64,000 nt of DNA. Source: an uncultured Gemmatimonadaceae bacterium (GTDB lineage Bacteria; Gemmatimonadota; Gemmatimonadetes; Gemmatimonadales; Gemmatimonadaceae). Every line of letters starts with the position of its first letter. The stretch's first letter is position 1. The notes below the pieces were generated by a model. The model made no database searches and was not told the DNA's origin. It worked only from the letters and a program-made list of their open reading frames with translations. Shown here in pieces: positions 1 through 10,784 of the stretch. The translations under genes were made by a program, and so were the position numbers. The DNA is taken from assembly GCA_963843845.1 (NCBI GenBank), contig CAWJMB010000002.1, forward strand, positions 2,912,001-2,976,000. Reading direction: 5' to 3'.

Positions 1-599
1 CCGACGCCGGTGCTGCCACTCGCGTCGAAGCGGCCGACGTAGTCTTTCACCATCGCGCGGACGCCGAGCCCGCTGCCGAGCGCCAGGTCGACGCCGGCGC
101 CGCCGTTGAACGCGAGGTTCGTGTCCTTCGTGCGGAGCAGCACGTTCTGCAGCCGCGTCTCGATGGCGCCGACGCCGCCCTGCGCGAACGGGGTGATCGT
201 GCGCGACGCACCGGCGAGCGGCAGCCGCCCTTCGACGCCCACGTCGTACACGAGGTGCCTGGTCGTCCCGACGTCGAGGCCACCGATGATCGGCAGACCG
301 ATCTCGAGGTCCGAGCTGGCATACGCGACGTTGCCGACGACGCTCACGTGCTCGCTCAACGCGAGCCCTGCCTGCGCGCCGTAGAGCGCCGACCCCGCGC
401 TTCGCAGACTCGTGCCGAGCGGGCCGTCGAGCAGCGTGCCGAAGCGCGCGAAGCCGGCGTAGGGCGTGACGTCGAGAACGGTGGGCTTCGGCGACGCGGC
501 ACGCGAGCGCTGCGCGGCGAGGGGGGCGGCGGCCGCAGTGGCGGCGGCGAGGAGGATCGACGTGGTGCGCACGAGCGGACGAACGAGGGATCGATGCAT
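1..599 (-). CDS. Outer-membrane beta-barrel protein (runs off window start)
   Basis: Manual translation, not in ORF track: MHRSLVRPLVRTTSILLAAATAAAAPLAAQ signal peptide, then VTPYAGF..., ITPFAQGGVGA, LAFNGGAGVD amphipathic strands. Confidence 0.7.
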   Translation of the reverse strand, partial: MHRSLVRPLVRTTSILLAAATAAAAPLAAQRSRAASPKPTVLDVTPYAGFARFGTLLDGPLGTSLRSAGSALYGAQAGLALSEHVSVVGNVAYASSDLEIGLPIIGGLDVGTTRHLVYDVGVEGRLPLAGASRTITPFAQGGVGAIETRLQNVLLRTKDTNLAFNGGAGVDLALGSGLGVRAMVKDYVGRFDASGSTGV

Positions 600-681
600 G
601 AGCGGCCTCTGGGAATCGGCTCGCGGATGCGAGCCACGCCCCAGCGGAGGAGCAGCATCGAGACCAGCGGGCGATACGCTA

Positions 682-706
682 CAACACGTTGTCCGACAAC
701 GAGTTA
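682..706. promoter_or_regulatory. Imperfect palindrome, possible paired IHF-like/TF sites
   Basis: AACACGTTGT-ccg-ACAACGAGTT; each half fits CAAnnnnTTR. Confidence 0.35.
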
Positions 707-767
707 CACCACACGCGCCGGCGTCGGCTGTCGCGCGGAAGGGACAGCGCGGCGTCCTCGCAGACCA

Positions 768-1322
768 TCACCCCTCGGCGGAGCTCGCCGCCAGCGCGGC
801 GCCGAGTCGCGCGATCTGCCGTGCGTGGCGGAGCTGGTGCTGCGCGGTCAGGAGCAGCCACTGATAGGCGTCGATCTCGCCGGCGATCGGGTGGCGCAGC
901 ATCACTTTCGTCGCGTCGATCTCCTCGTAGGCGCGCATCGCGTCGCGCAGCGCCGCTCGCGACCGCTCCCATTCCGTCATCGCGGCGTCGAACGGAACGT
1001 CCGCCGCGGGGCACACCACCTCGGGCGCCTGGAGCGGAGTCGTCGAATCGGCGACGCGCAGATGATCGAGCCGCCCGGCGATGGAGCTCGTCTCGCCGTC
1101 GGGGCCGACGCCGCTCTCGCGTGCCCGCATCGCGCGCTTGACGAGCAGCGCCGCTCCGGCCGCGTCCACGCGACTCAGGTGGTCGATGTGCTCGGCGACA
1201 CTCCACCCGCTGGCGGCGAGCCGGCGCTCGCGCGCGTCGGCGGGAATCGCGGAGACCGCGTCGAGGACGTCCTGATGATGGCGTGCGAGCAGCACGTCGA
1301 GCTCGTGAAGGCGAGGGTGCAT
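768..1322 (-). CDS. DinB family protein
   Basis: GWSVAEHIDHL and C-terminal HQLRH His motifs. Confidence 0.8.
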   Translation of the reverse strand: MHPRLHELDVLLARHHQDVLDAVSAIPADARERRLAASGWSVAEHIDHLSRVDAAGAALLVKRAMRARESGVGPDGETSSIAGRLDHLRVADSTTPLQAPEVVCPAADVPFDAAMTEWERSRAALRDAMRAYEEIDATKVMLRHPIAGEIDAYQWLLLTAQHQLRHARQIARLGAALAASSAEG

Positions 1323-1366
1323 CGACCGGTCGAGTGAGGGCGTGGAGCTTGCACCGGGTAAGCTAC

Positions 1367-1741
1367 GTGAAGATCACCCTCCTGTCCGACGACCGCATTC
1401 GCTACGAGGCGGCGCCCGGCCCGCTGACCGTCGACGCCGAGAGCGCCGACCGCCAATTCTCGCCGTACCACATGGTCGCCGGCGGACTCGCCGTCTGCAC
1501 CTTCTCCGTCCTCGCCTCGTGGGCGACGCACGCGAACATCCCGATCGACGATCTCGTCATCGAGGTGACGTGGACGTTCGCCGAGCGGCCGCACCGCGTC
1601 GGCTCGATGGGACTGTCGTTCCGCTGGAAGAGCCTTCCGCCGAACCGCCTCGAGGCGGCGACGCGCGCCGCGAATCTCTGCCCCGTGCACACGACGCTCG
1701 CGCACGGCACGACGCTCACGGTCGAGGGTGCCGTCGCGTGA
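1367..1741 (+). CDS. OsmC family protein
   Basis: SPYHMVAGGLAVC ... CPVHTTL two-Cys OsmC pattern; GTG start. Confidence 0.8.
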   Translation: MKITLLSDDRIRYEAAPGPLTVDAESADRQFSPYHMVAGGLAVCTFSVLASWATHANIPIDDLVIEVTWTFAERPHRVGSMGLSFRWKSLPPNRLEAATRAANLCPVHTTLAHGTTLTVEGAVA

Positions 1742-2238
1742 GCGTCTCGGTCGTGCAGTTCACCATCGCGGGGCGCCCACGCGACGCCACGCCGGCGGCG
1801 GCGTTCACGGCAGGGTGGTCCGGCACCGGCGAGGGGCGGCCGTACACGATCGTCTACGACGGGCACTGCAAGGTGTGCGGCAGGATGGTCGGCTTGCTAC
1901 GGAGTTGGGACCGTTCCGCGCGCCAGCTCGAAATCGTGCCGTCGCAGCTCGCCGGCGTGCAGGCGCGCTTTCCGTGGATTCCGGCCCGCGCATTCCTCGA
2001 CGGCGTACAACTCGTCGGCCCCAACGGCCAGACGTGGCAGGGCGCGCGCGCGATCGAGGAGATCATCGCCATCATGCCGCGCGGGGGACTCATCGCATGG
2101 ATCTTCAAGATCCCGTTCGTCCGCCCACTCGCGAACCGCTTCTATGGCTGGTTCGCGCGACATCGCTACATGCTCGGCTGCGGGGAGCACTGTACGGTGA
2201 AGCAGGAACTGCTCGACTTCGGCGAGGCTTCGACTTGA
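1738..2238 (+). CDS. DCC1-like/DUF393 thiol-disulfide oxidoreductase
   Basis: YDGHCKVC (DxxCxxC), YGWFARHRY; GTGA overlap with osmC-like gene. Confidence 0.85.
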   Translation: MSVSVVQFTIAGRPRDATPAAAFTAGWSGTGEGRPYTIVYDGHCKVCGRMVGLLRSWDRSARQLEIVPSQLAGVQARFPWIPARAFLDGVQLVGPNGQTWQGARAIEEIIAIMPRGGLIAWIFKIPFVRPLANRFYGWFARHRYMLGCGEHCTVKQELLDFGEAST

Positions 2239-2269
2239 GGGGACATTCCCCAACAGAGCCGGCATCGGT

Positions 2270-3770
2270 CTACACGTCGTTCCGCTCCCGCTGCTGCGCC
2301 TCGGCGAGCCGCCGCAGCCACTCCTCGACCTGCTCGGCGTCCGCACCGTCGAGCGTCGCCGTCTCGAACTGCACCCCGTCGGGGGCCGAGCCTCCGCTCT
2401 CCGCGACCTCGTTCTCGATCATCTGACGCCACGTCGCGTTCTGGACGCTGTTGCCGACGGTGCTCATCGCGAGCCAGTCGATCACGTTCGCCGCGCGGTC
2501 GAGAACACGTCGATCTCGACTCGGAGCTTCGCCTCGCCCGCCGGCGCGACGGTGACACGGACGGCGCCGGCGAGCACGTGCCCCTCGACGGTCTGCAACG
2601 TCATGTGCGTCGGCGAGAGCTCGGCCACCCGCACCTGCACGTTGCCACGGGCCGGCAGCGCCATCGTCACCGTCTGCCCGAGCTCGCGGACCGACGTCGG
2701 CGAGTCCGGTTCGGCTTCGAGGTCCATCGAGCCGGGCGTCACTTCCTGGAACCGCATGCGGAAGCGGCGAAACAGCGACTCCGCTGACCCCGTCGCGCCG
2801 ACGACGTCCGCCCAGAAACGCTTGTGGTGCAGCGCGCCGACGCCGTCTTCCGGCAACTGCTCGGGCAGCGAGTCGAGCAGCGCCGTCAGTCCTGCGTCGA
2901 GCGACGTCGGCGTGACGCCCAGCACGGTGTCGAGCGCGTTCACGGCCGGCGCCTCGATCACGTTCCCCTCGACGAGCATCGTGAGCTGGCTGCCGTTCAG
3001 CGGCAGGTCGACGTCGAGCGCCTCCGCCGCGCGAATGCCGAGCGAGGCGAGCGCAGTCGGCACGGGGAGGCGCGTGGGGTGACGGTCGGTCAGCACCTCG
3101 AAGCGGTCCAGCAGGTCATGGATGGACGTGCGCTCCGGCCCCGCGACATCGAGCGTCTGACCGCCCAGCGAGGTGTTCTCGACGGCCGACGCGAGCGCCG
3201 CGCCGGCATCCTCCGCCCACAGCGGCTGAAACGCCTGCTTCCCGCCGCCGAGGACTGGAACGACGGGAAGCGCGCGGACCATGCGTAGCAGCATCGAGAT
3301 CTGCTCGTCTCCCGGCCCGTAGACATTCCCGAGTCGCACGACGACCGCCCGATCGCCGAACGCGGCGCGGACGACCTCTTCGCCCGCGAGCTTGCTTCGG
3401 TGGTACGGCGAGTGCCCGCGCTCGGCGCCCAACGACGAGACGTACACGACGTGCGGCACGTTCGCGCGGCGCGCCTCGTCGACGATGTGCCGCGTTCCCT
3501 CGACGTTCACCCGCTCGAACGTCGCGTCGCCGTCCTCGTCGACGATCGCCACGAGGTGCAGCAGCGCGTCGCACCCGTCGGCCGCGCCGCTCAGCGACTG
3601 CGCGTCGGTGACGTCGCCCACGCGTGCCTCGACGCCGCGCGGCCACCCCTTCACCGCGTCGTCGGCGTGCCGCGCGAGCAGCCTCACGGTGTGGCCGCGC
3701 GCGACGAGCGCGCGCACCGCCGCGTCGCCGACGACGCCGCTCCCACCGGTCACGAGCACATGCAGTGTCT

Positions 3771-3774
<4 letters not shown>
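2270..3774 (-). CDS. NAD-dependent epimerase (NDUFA9-like) with extra C-terminal domain; one frameshift near 2500
   Basis: VTGGSGVVG, YHRSK; ORF 2270-2485 continues the C-terminus in another frame. Confidence 0.75.
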
Positions 3775-4562
<788 letters not shown>

Positions 4563-4635
4563 GGACCGTTCGTGAGGGTGACGCCGGACGCCCCGAGCAG
4601 AATCTATGCTCGACCGACACCGTTACCTTTCACCC

Positions 4636-5355
4636 GTGTCGACCGACGTCTTCCCGCCACCGCCCGCCGTCGTCCTCCTGAGCGGTGGGCTCGATTCCAC
4701 CACCTGCCTCGCGCTCGCCGCGCGCGACGGGTTCGCCGTCCACGCGCTGTCGTTCCGCTACGGCCAGCGCCACGCGCACGAGATCGAGGCCGCGCGCCGC
4801 GTCGCGACGCGCTACGCCGTCGCCAGCCACACCGTGGTCGACATCGACCTTCGCACGTTCGGCGGCTCGGCGCTCACGGCGGACATCGACGTACCGAAGG
4901 ACCGGCCGGCCGAGGTGATGGCGGCGGGCGTGCCGATCACGTACGTGCCTGCGCGGAACACCATCTTCCTCTCGTACGCGCTCGCGCTCGCCGAAGTGAG
5001 GGGCGCGCGCGACGTGTTCATCGGGGTGAACGCGCTCGACTATTCCGGCTACCCCGACTGCCGCCCCGCGTACGTCGCCGCGTTCGAGCGGATGGCGAAC
5101 CTCGCGACGCGCGCCGGCGTCGACGCGTCCGCGCGCGGCGAGACCGCGCTCCGCATCCGAACCCCGCTCCTCACGCTCACGAAAGCCGAGATCATCCGGC
5201 TCGGGCGGTCGCTCGACGTCGATTACGGCGAGACCACGAGCTGCTACGACCCGCCGCCGAACGGCGTCGCGTGCGGCCACTGCGACGCCTGCCAGCTTCG
5301 GTTGCGAGGCTTCGCCGAGGCCGGCGCGCGCGACCCGATCGCGTACGCGCCGTGA
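4636..5355 (+). CDS. queC: 7-cyano-7-deazaguanine synthase QueC
   Basis: SGGLDS PP-loop, [20 protein letters not shown]...CGHCDAC. Confidence 0.95.
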   Translation: MSTDVFPPPPAVVLLSGGLDSTTCLALAARDGFAVHALSFRYGQRHAHEIEAARRVATRYAVASHTVVDIDLRTFGGSALTADIDVPKDRPAEVMAAGVPITYVPARNTIFLSYALALAEVRGARDVFIGVNALDYSGYPDCRPAYVAAFERMANLATRAGVDASARGETALRIRTPLLTLTKAEIIRLGRSLDVDYGETTSCYDPPPNGVACGHCDACQLRLRGFAEAGARDPIAYAP

Positions 5356-5362
5356 GTCGCGT

Positions 5363-6013
5363 GTGAGCTACACGGTCAAGGAGATCTTCTACACGCTGCA
5401 GGGCGAAGGCGCGAACGCCGGCCGCGCGGCGGTGTTCTGCCGCTTCGCGGGGTGCAATCTCTGGACGGGGCGCGAGGCGGACCGGCACCGCGCCGTCTGT
5501 CGGTTCTGCGACACGGACTTCGTCGGCGTCGGGCCCGACGGCGGTCGATTCGCGACCGCCGAGGCGCTGGCGGCGGCGGTCGCCGCGCGGTGGCCGGTGA
5601 ACGATCGGGGCGACCCGCTCGGGACCCCGTTCGTCGTCTGCACGGGGGGCGAGCCGCTGCTGCAACTCGACGCGGTCGCGGTCGCCGCGCTCCACGCACG
5701 CGGCTTTCTCGTCGCCGTCGAGACGAACGGCACGCAGCCGGCCGTGCCCGGGATCGACTGGATGTGCGTCAGCCCGAAGGCCAACGCGCCGCTCGCGGTC
5801 ACTGGCGGCGACGAGCTGAAGCTCGTCTACCCGCAGACCGCCGCCGAGGCGCAGCCGGAACGATTCGCGGAGCTGGCGTTCCGGCACTTCTTCCTCCAGC
5901 CGATGGACGGGCCGGACGCCGCCGCGAACACGGACGCGGCGATCGCCTACTGCCTCGCACATCCGCAGTGGCGGCTCTCCGTGCAGACACACAAGGTCGT
6001 CGGCATCCGGTAA
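5363..6013 (+). CDS. queE: 7-carboxy-7-deazaguanine synthase QueE (Cx14CxxC radical SAM type)
   Basis: EIFYTLQGEG, C-x14-CRFCDT, TGGEPLLQ, ETNGT, SPK, QTHK. Confidence 0.95.
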   Translation: MSYTVKEIFYTLQGEGANAGRAAVFCRFAGCNLWTGREADRHRAVCRFCDTDFVGVGPDGGRFATAEALAAAVAARWPVNDRGDPLGTPFVVCTGGEPLLQLDAVAVAALHARGFLVAVETNGTQPAVPGIDWMCVSPKANAPLAVTGGDELKLVYPQTAAEAQPERFAELAFRHFFLQPMDGPDAAANTDAAIAYCLAHPQWRLSVQTHKVVGIR

Positions 6014-6181
6014 GGGAAAATCCGTTCGGATCGTCCTGACCACGCGGTCAGCGCTCGGCCGGATTGCTCGACCCCGCCGGGTTCTGGGCCGTCGGCGCGG
6101 CGGGGTAGCTTCTCCGGAGTCGTTCGCCGGGGGCGTTCGTCCCCTTCCCCGGCTCCGCCTCGACGTAAGAGGTCCCGCCGC

Positions 6182-7042
6182 ATGTCCGTGCTCACGTTCC
6201 GCCGCGCCTACGCGCTGATCGCGCTCGTTGCGATCACCGCGACCACTCCGGTCGCCGCCGCGCCTACCCTGGGCAGTGCGGCAGCCGCGCGCTCGGCGCC
6301 ACCGAAGCGAGCGGCGGCGACGAAGGGGAAGCCGACGTCCAAACGCGCGAGCGCCCGCCGCACGAGTCGGACGGTGGCACGTCGGGGAGCGTCGACGAAG
6401 CCCACCCGCCCGACGACGCGACCAGCCGCGGACAGCGCCATCCTGCCGTCGCTGCCGACGCTCGTGTCGCAGTCGATCGGCACCCTGAACGTCGGCGGCA
6501 GCGAGACGCCGCTCGAGATCGTCGGCATCGCGCCGGCCACCGGCTCCTCGAACGCGTCCTCGAACGCGTCCTCGAACGCGTCCTCGACCGACGCGCGCCC
6601 GTTCGCGGCGTTCAGCGCGTCGGCGGAGCGGATGATGTCGGGGATGATCGACCGCGCGCGCAGCCAGCTCGGCACGCGCTACGTGCTCGGCGGGAACCGG
6701 CCGGACGAGGCGCTCGACTGCAGTTCGTTCGCCCGCTTCGCGATGCAGGCGTTCGGGATCACGCTGCCGCGCACCGCGGCGCAGCAGGCGAAGGTCGGCG
6801 ACGCGGTGCCGCGCGATCGCAAGCAGCTCCGGCCGGGCGACCTGCTGACGTTCGGCAGCCGCACGCGCGTCTCGCACGTCGGCATCTATCTCGGCGAGGG
6901 GCGCTTCATCCACGCGAGCGTGAAGTCGGGGCAGGTCATCGAGACGACGATCGAGCGCAACACGCGGCTCTTCCGCCGCTGGCTCGGCGCGCGCCGGTTG
7001 CTCGCCACGAACGACAGCAGCACCCAGCGCGGCGACGGCTGA
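6182..7042 (+). CDS. Secreted NlpC/P60 (C40) peptidase
   Basis: Signal peptide; DCSSF, PGDLLTF, SHVGIY, FIHAS. Confidence 0.9.
   Translation: MSVLTFRRAYALIALVAITATTPVAAAPTLGSAAAARSAPPKRAAATKGKPTSKRASARRTSRTVARRGASTKPTRPTTRPAADSAILPSLPTLVSQSIGTLNVGGSETPLEIVGIAPATGSSNASSNASSNASSTDARPFAAFSASAERMMSGMIDRARSQLGTRYVLGGNRPDEALDCSSFARFAMQAFGITLPRTAAQQAKVGDAVPRDRKQLRPGDLLTFGSRTRVSHVGIYLGEGRFIHASVKSGQVIETTIERNTRLFRRWLGARRLLATNDSSTQRGDG
6545..6587 (+). repeat. 12-bp tandem repeat (TCCTCGAACGCG x3.5) encoding SSNA repeats
   Basis: Read directly in NlpC/P60 linker. Confidence 0.9.
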
Positions 7043-7204
7043 GACAGGAACGGCACTTGCTCTACGGCAGAGCGAAATCGCGGAGCTGACGTCGTCGACG
7101 GCGGGGACGCGGTTGTGCGCGCCCTTTCGCCACATCGCTGCTCCGCGTGACGAACGTCGTTTCGTAGGCGGCAGCGTGGCCGTCTCCGACTCTGCACCGT
7201 CGTC

Positions 7205-8497
7205 ATGATCCGCTTCGACCGCTCGGCTCGCTCTGCACTCCTCACGCTCGACGCGCCGCTCATCGTTCACAGCCACCTGCGCTGGGACTTCGTCTGGCAG
7301 CGTCCGCAGCAATTGCTCTCCCGGTTCGCCGCGCGAGTTCCGGTGCTGTTCGTCGAAGAGCCGATCTTCGCGGACGACGTCGTGCAGGCGCGCCTCGACC
7401 TCTCCACGCCGGCAGCGAACGTGACGCGGGCGGTGCCCGTGCTCTCCGGCTCGGTGCGCCACGACGCCGACTCGGCGCTGGCCGAGGTCCGCTCGCTCGT
7501 GCTGCGCGCGATCGGGCGCGGCGGGCCGCTGGCCGGTCAGTTCAGCGCACCGGTGCAGTGGTTCTACACGCCGATGCCGGCGCCGGCGATGCTCGGCGCG
7601 TTCGGCGAGCGGGGCGTCGTCTACGACTGCATGGACGAGCTGTCGAAGTTCCGCTTCGCCCCCCCGGAGTTGATCGAGCGCGAGCGCGTCCTGATGTCGC
7701 GCGCCGACGTCGTCTTCACCGGCGGTCATCGCCTCTGGCAGTCGAAGTCGCGCCATCACCCGAACGTGCACTTCTTCGGGTGCGGCGTCGACTCGGCGCA
7801 CTTCTCGACGGCACGCGACGAGTCGCTGCCCGTGCCGAGCGACCTGGCTGACGTCGACGCGCCGATCCTCGGCTACTACGGCGTGATCGACGAGCGGATC
7901 GACTACCCGCTCATCGCGTCGCTCGCCGCGGCGTACCCGGAGTACGTCGTCGCGATGGTCGGGCCGGTCGTGAAGGTCGACCCCCGCGACCTGCCGCAGG
8001 CGCCGAACCTTCGCTGGCTCGGGCAGAAGCAGTACGGCGAGCTGCCGCAGTACGCGAAGGCGTTCGACGTCTGCCTCATGCCGTTCGCGCTGAACGAGGC
8101 GACCGAGTACATCAACCCGACGAAGACGCTCGAGTACATGGCCGCCGGCCGCCCGATCGTCTCGACGCCGATCGCCGACGTCGTGCACCACTTCACGCCG
8201 GTCGTGAAGGTCGCGCGCTCCGACGACGGCTTCGTCGCCGCGGTGCGCGCGGCGCTCGTCTGCCCGGAGCCGGGGCTGATCGCGCGCGGCATCGAGATGG
8301 CCGCGGACCACTCGTGGGAGTCGATCGTCGCGCGGATGGGCGGCATCATCGCCGCCGCGCTCGAGCCGCAGCAGACCGTGCCCGAGGTCGAGGTGTCGAC
8401 GGCGGCGGCGGTCGCGCCACTCGCATCCCGGTCCGCCCCGGCGACGCGTCGCATCCCGGCCGCCACCGTGCATGCGGGCGAGGAGCAGGTGGCCTGA
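7205..8497 (+). CDS. Glycosyltransferase (GT-B, GT4-like; glf-associated type)
   Basis: SHLRWDFVWQRPQQLLSR, YDCMDEL, GVIDERID, INPTKTLEYMAAG. Confidence 0.88.
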   Translation: MIRFDRSARSALLTLDAPLIVHSHLRWDFVWQRPQQLLSRFAARVPVLFVEEPIFADDVVQARLDLSTPAANVTRAVPVLSGSVRHDADSALAEVRSLVLRAIGRGGPLAGQFSAPVQWFYTPMPAPAMLGAFGERGVVYDCMDELSKFRFAPPELIERERVLMSRADVVFTGGHRLWQSKSRHHPNVHFFGCGVDSAHFSTARDESLPVPSDLADVDAPILGYYGVIDERIDYPLIASLAAAYPEYVVAMVGPVVKVDPRDLPQAPNLRWLGQKQYGELPQYAKAFDVCLMPFALNEATEYINPTKTLEYMAAGRPIVSTPIADVVHHFTPVVKVARSDDGFVAAVRAALVCPEPGLIARGIEMAADHSWESIVARMGGIIAAALEPQQTVPEVEVSTAAAVAPLASRSAPATRRIPAATVHAGEEQVA

Positions 8498-8501
8498 GCC
8501 G

Positions 8502-10784
8502 ATGACCACGACGTCCCGGCTCGAACTCTGGGCCGGCGTCGAGTGCACGGTCAACCGCGTCGGCGACCGGTACAGCGATCAGATCGCGCGTACCGGTCAC
8601 GCCGACAGGCTGGACGATCTCGACCGGCTCACCGAGCTCGGGATCGCTGCGCTCCGCACGCCGGTGCTCTGGGAGCGCGTCGCTCCGAATGGGCTGCAGA
8701 ACGCCGACTGGTCGTGGACCGATGCCCGCCTCGATCGGCTCCGCGCGCGCGGCGTGCGTCCCATCGTCACGCTGCTGCACCACGGCAGCGGCCCCCGCGA
8801 CACCAGTCTGCTCGACCCCGACTTCCCCGCGCGCTTCGCCGAGTTCGCCGACGCGTGCGCGCGGCGGTACGCGTGGATCGAGGAGTGGACGCCGATCAAC
8901 GAGCCGCTGACCACGGCCCGCTTCAGCGCGCTCTACGGCATGTGGTACCCGCACGCCGCCGACGATCGTTCGTTCGCGCGTGCCTTCGTGCACCAGATCG
9001 ATGGGATCCGTCGCGCGATGCGAGCGATCCGCGCGGTGGTGCCGAACGCGCGCCTCGTGCAGACGGAAGACCTCGGCAAGACGCACAGCGTGCCGTCGCT
9101 CGCCGCGCAGGCGCACTTCGAGAACACGCGCCGCTGGCTCACGTTCGACCTGCTCTGCGGCACGCTCGCGCCCGACGACGTGACGTGGGAATTCCTCACG
9201 CACGAGGGTGGCCTCGACGAACGGACACTGGCGAGCTTCGTCGACGCGCCCTGTCCGCCCGACGTGTTGGGCATCAACCACTACCTCACGAGCGAGCGCT
9301 TCCTCGACCGCCGCCTGTCGCGCTATCCGTCGCACACGCACGGCGGCAACGGGCGCGAGCGCTACGCCGACGTCGAAGCCGTGCGCGTGCTCGCCGACGG
9401 ACCGGCCGGGCCCGAGCGGCTGCTCTGCGAGGCGTGGGTGCGCTACGGCCGTCCGATCGCCATCACCGAATGCCACCTCGCCTGCACGCGCGAGCAGCAG
9501 ATGCGGTGGCTGCACGAGGTGTGGACGGCAGCCGTGAGCGCGCGAACGCGCGGCGCCGACGTGCGCGCCGTGACCGCCTGGGCGGCGTTCGGCTCGTACG
9601 ACTGGGCGAGTCTGCTGACCCGCGACGACGGACGCTACGAGCCTGGCGTGTTCGACGTGCGAGGCGCCGCGGCCCCACGCGCGACGGCGCTCGCCGCGAT
9701 GCTCCGCGGGCTGGCCACGACCGGCGACTACGAGCACCCGGCGCTCGAGGGTCCGGGGTGGTGGGAGATGCCGTCGCGACTGCTCTACCCGTCCGCCAGA
9801 TCGCTCGACCGCCGGGGCGACGTCGCGTCGGCGCGCGAGCGCGCCGTCGTCGCGCGACGCTCGACGACCGCGCGCCCCGTCCTCGTCACATCGCCCGCGA
9901 CGTCGCTCGGCCGGGCGTTCGTGGAGGCGTGTGATCGGCGCGGGCTCGCGTGGCGCGCGATGGCGGTCGGCACGTCGGACCCTGACGCGCTCGACCGCGC
10001 CCTGGACGGTGCGAACCCGTGGGCGATCGTCGACACCGGCGCCTACACGCGCGTCGACGACGCCGAGCGCGAGCGCGAGGCGTGCTGGGACGCGAACGTG
10101 CACGCGCCGGCCGCACTCGCCCGGCGCTGCGCGGAGCGCGGCATTCCACTCGTCACCGTCTCGTCGCATCTCGTGTTCGACGGCGACGCCGCGTCGCCGT
10201 ACGTCGAGCGCGACACGCCGCGCCCCGTCAACGCGCTCGGCACGTCGATGCTGGCCGGCGAGCGCGAGGTGCTCGGTGCCCACGACGCGGCCCTCGTGCT
10301 CCGACTCGGCTCGTGCGTCGCGCCGTGGGACGACCGCGGGTTCGTCGCGCGCGCGCTGCGCGCGTTCGCCGCGCGCCGCCCGTTCCGCGCGCTCGCCGAC
10401 GTGACCGTGACGGCCACCTTCCTGCCGACCGCCGCCGACGCCGCGCTCGATCTCGTCGTCGACGGCGAACGCGGCGTCTGGCACCTGGCGAACGCCGGCG
10501 CCGTGACGTGGTCGGAGCTCGCCGTGCGAGCGGCGCGCCACGCCGGACTGTCGCACGACACGCTGGTGCCGGTGTCGCTCGCCGACGCCGCACTTCCCGC
10601 CCCGCGCCCGCGCTACAGCGCGCTCGCGAGCGAGCGCGGCCTCCTGGTGGGCGACATCGACGAGGCGCTCGCGGACTTCGTCGCCACGCACCGGCGGCTC
10701 TACGGATCGAACCCCTGGTTGTCACCCGCGTCACCGGTGGTGACGCGCCGAGTTTCACGCCTCAGCGCGAGGAGCGCCGTTTAA
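8502..10784 (+). CDS. GH1-like glycoside hydrolase fused to degenerate RmlD-like domain
   Basis: ECTVNRVGD, LLHHGSGP, INEP, ITEC in N-half; C-half AYTRVDDAE, VFDG..PYVERD.PRP, APRPRYSAL. Confidence 0.85.
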   Translation: MTTTSRLELWAGVECTVNRVGDRYSDQIARTGHADRLDDLDRLTELGIAALRTPVLWERVAPNGLQNADWSWTDARLDRLRARGVRPIVTLLHHGSGPRDTSLLDPDFPARFAEFADACARRYAWIEEWTPINEPLTTARFSALYGMWYPHAADDRSFARAFVHQIDGIRRAMRAIRAVVPNARLVQTEDLGKTHSVPSLAAQAHFENTRRWLTFDLLCGTLAPDDVTWEFLTHEGGLDERTLASFVDAPCPPDVLGINHYLTSERFLDRRLSRYPSHTHGGNGRERYADVEAVRVLADGPAGPERLLCEAWVRYGRPIAITECHLACTREQQMRWLHEVWTAAVSARTRGADVRAVTAWAAFGSYDWASLLTRDDGRYEPGVFDVRGAAAPRATALAAMLRGLATTGDYEHPALEGPGWWEMPSRLLYPSARSLDRRGDVASARERAVVARRSTTARPVLVTSPATSLGRAFVEACDRRGLAWRAMAVGTSDPDALDRALDGANPWAIVDTGAYTRVDDAEREREACWDANVHAPAALARRCAERGIPLVTVSSHLVFDGDAASPYVERDTPRPVNALGTSMLAGEREVLGAHDAALVLRLGSCVAPWDDRGFVARALRAFAARRPFRALADVTVTATFLPTAADAALDLVVDGERGVWHLANAGAVTWSELAVRAARHAGLSHDTLVPVSLADAALPAPRPRYSALASERGLLVGDIDEALADFVATHRRLYGSNPWLSPASPVVTRRVSRLSARSAV

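Noticed and set aside
4636..6013. queC/queE as an anti-phage (Qat, type IV CBASS, Dpd) module or with a preQ1 riboswitch
   Set aside because: Canonical housekeeping sequences, no TatD/ATPase/DpdA/cyclase neighbours, and no room for a leader before queC
6106..6181. c-di-AMP or other riboswitch upstream of NlpC/P60
   Set aside because: Leader is short and GC-paired but lacks recognisable conserved riboswitch motifs
5192..8554. 1120-aa antisense ORF, likewise 28362-32006 and many other Arg/Ala-rich ORFs
   Set aside because: Shadow ORFs caused by stop-codon scarcity at high GC; they overlap well-supported genes
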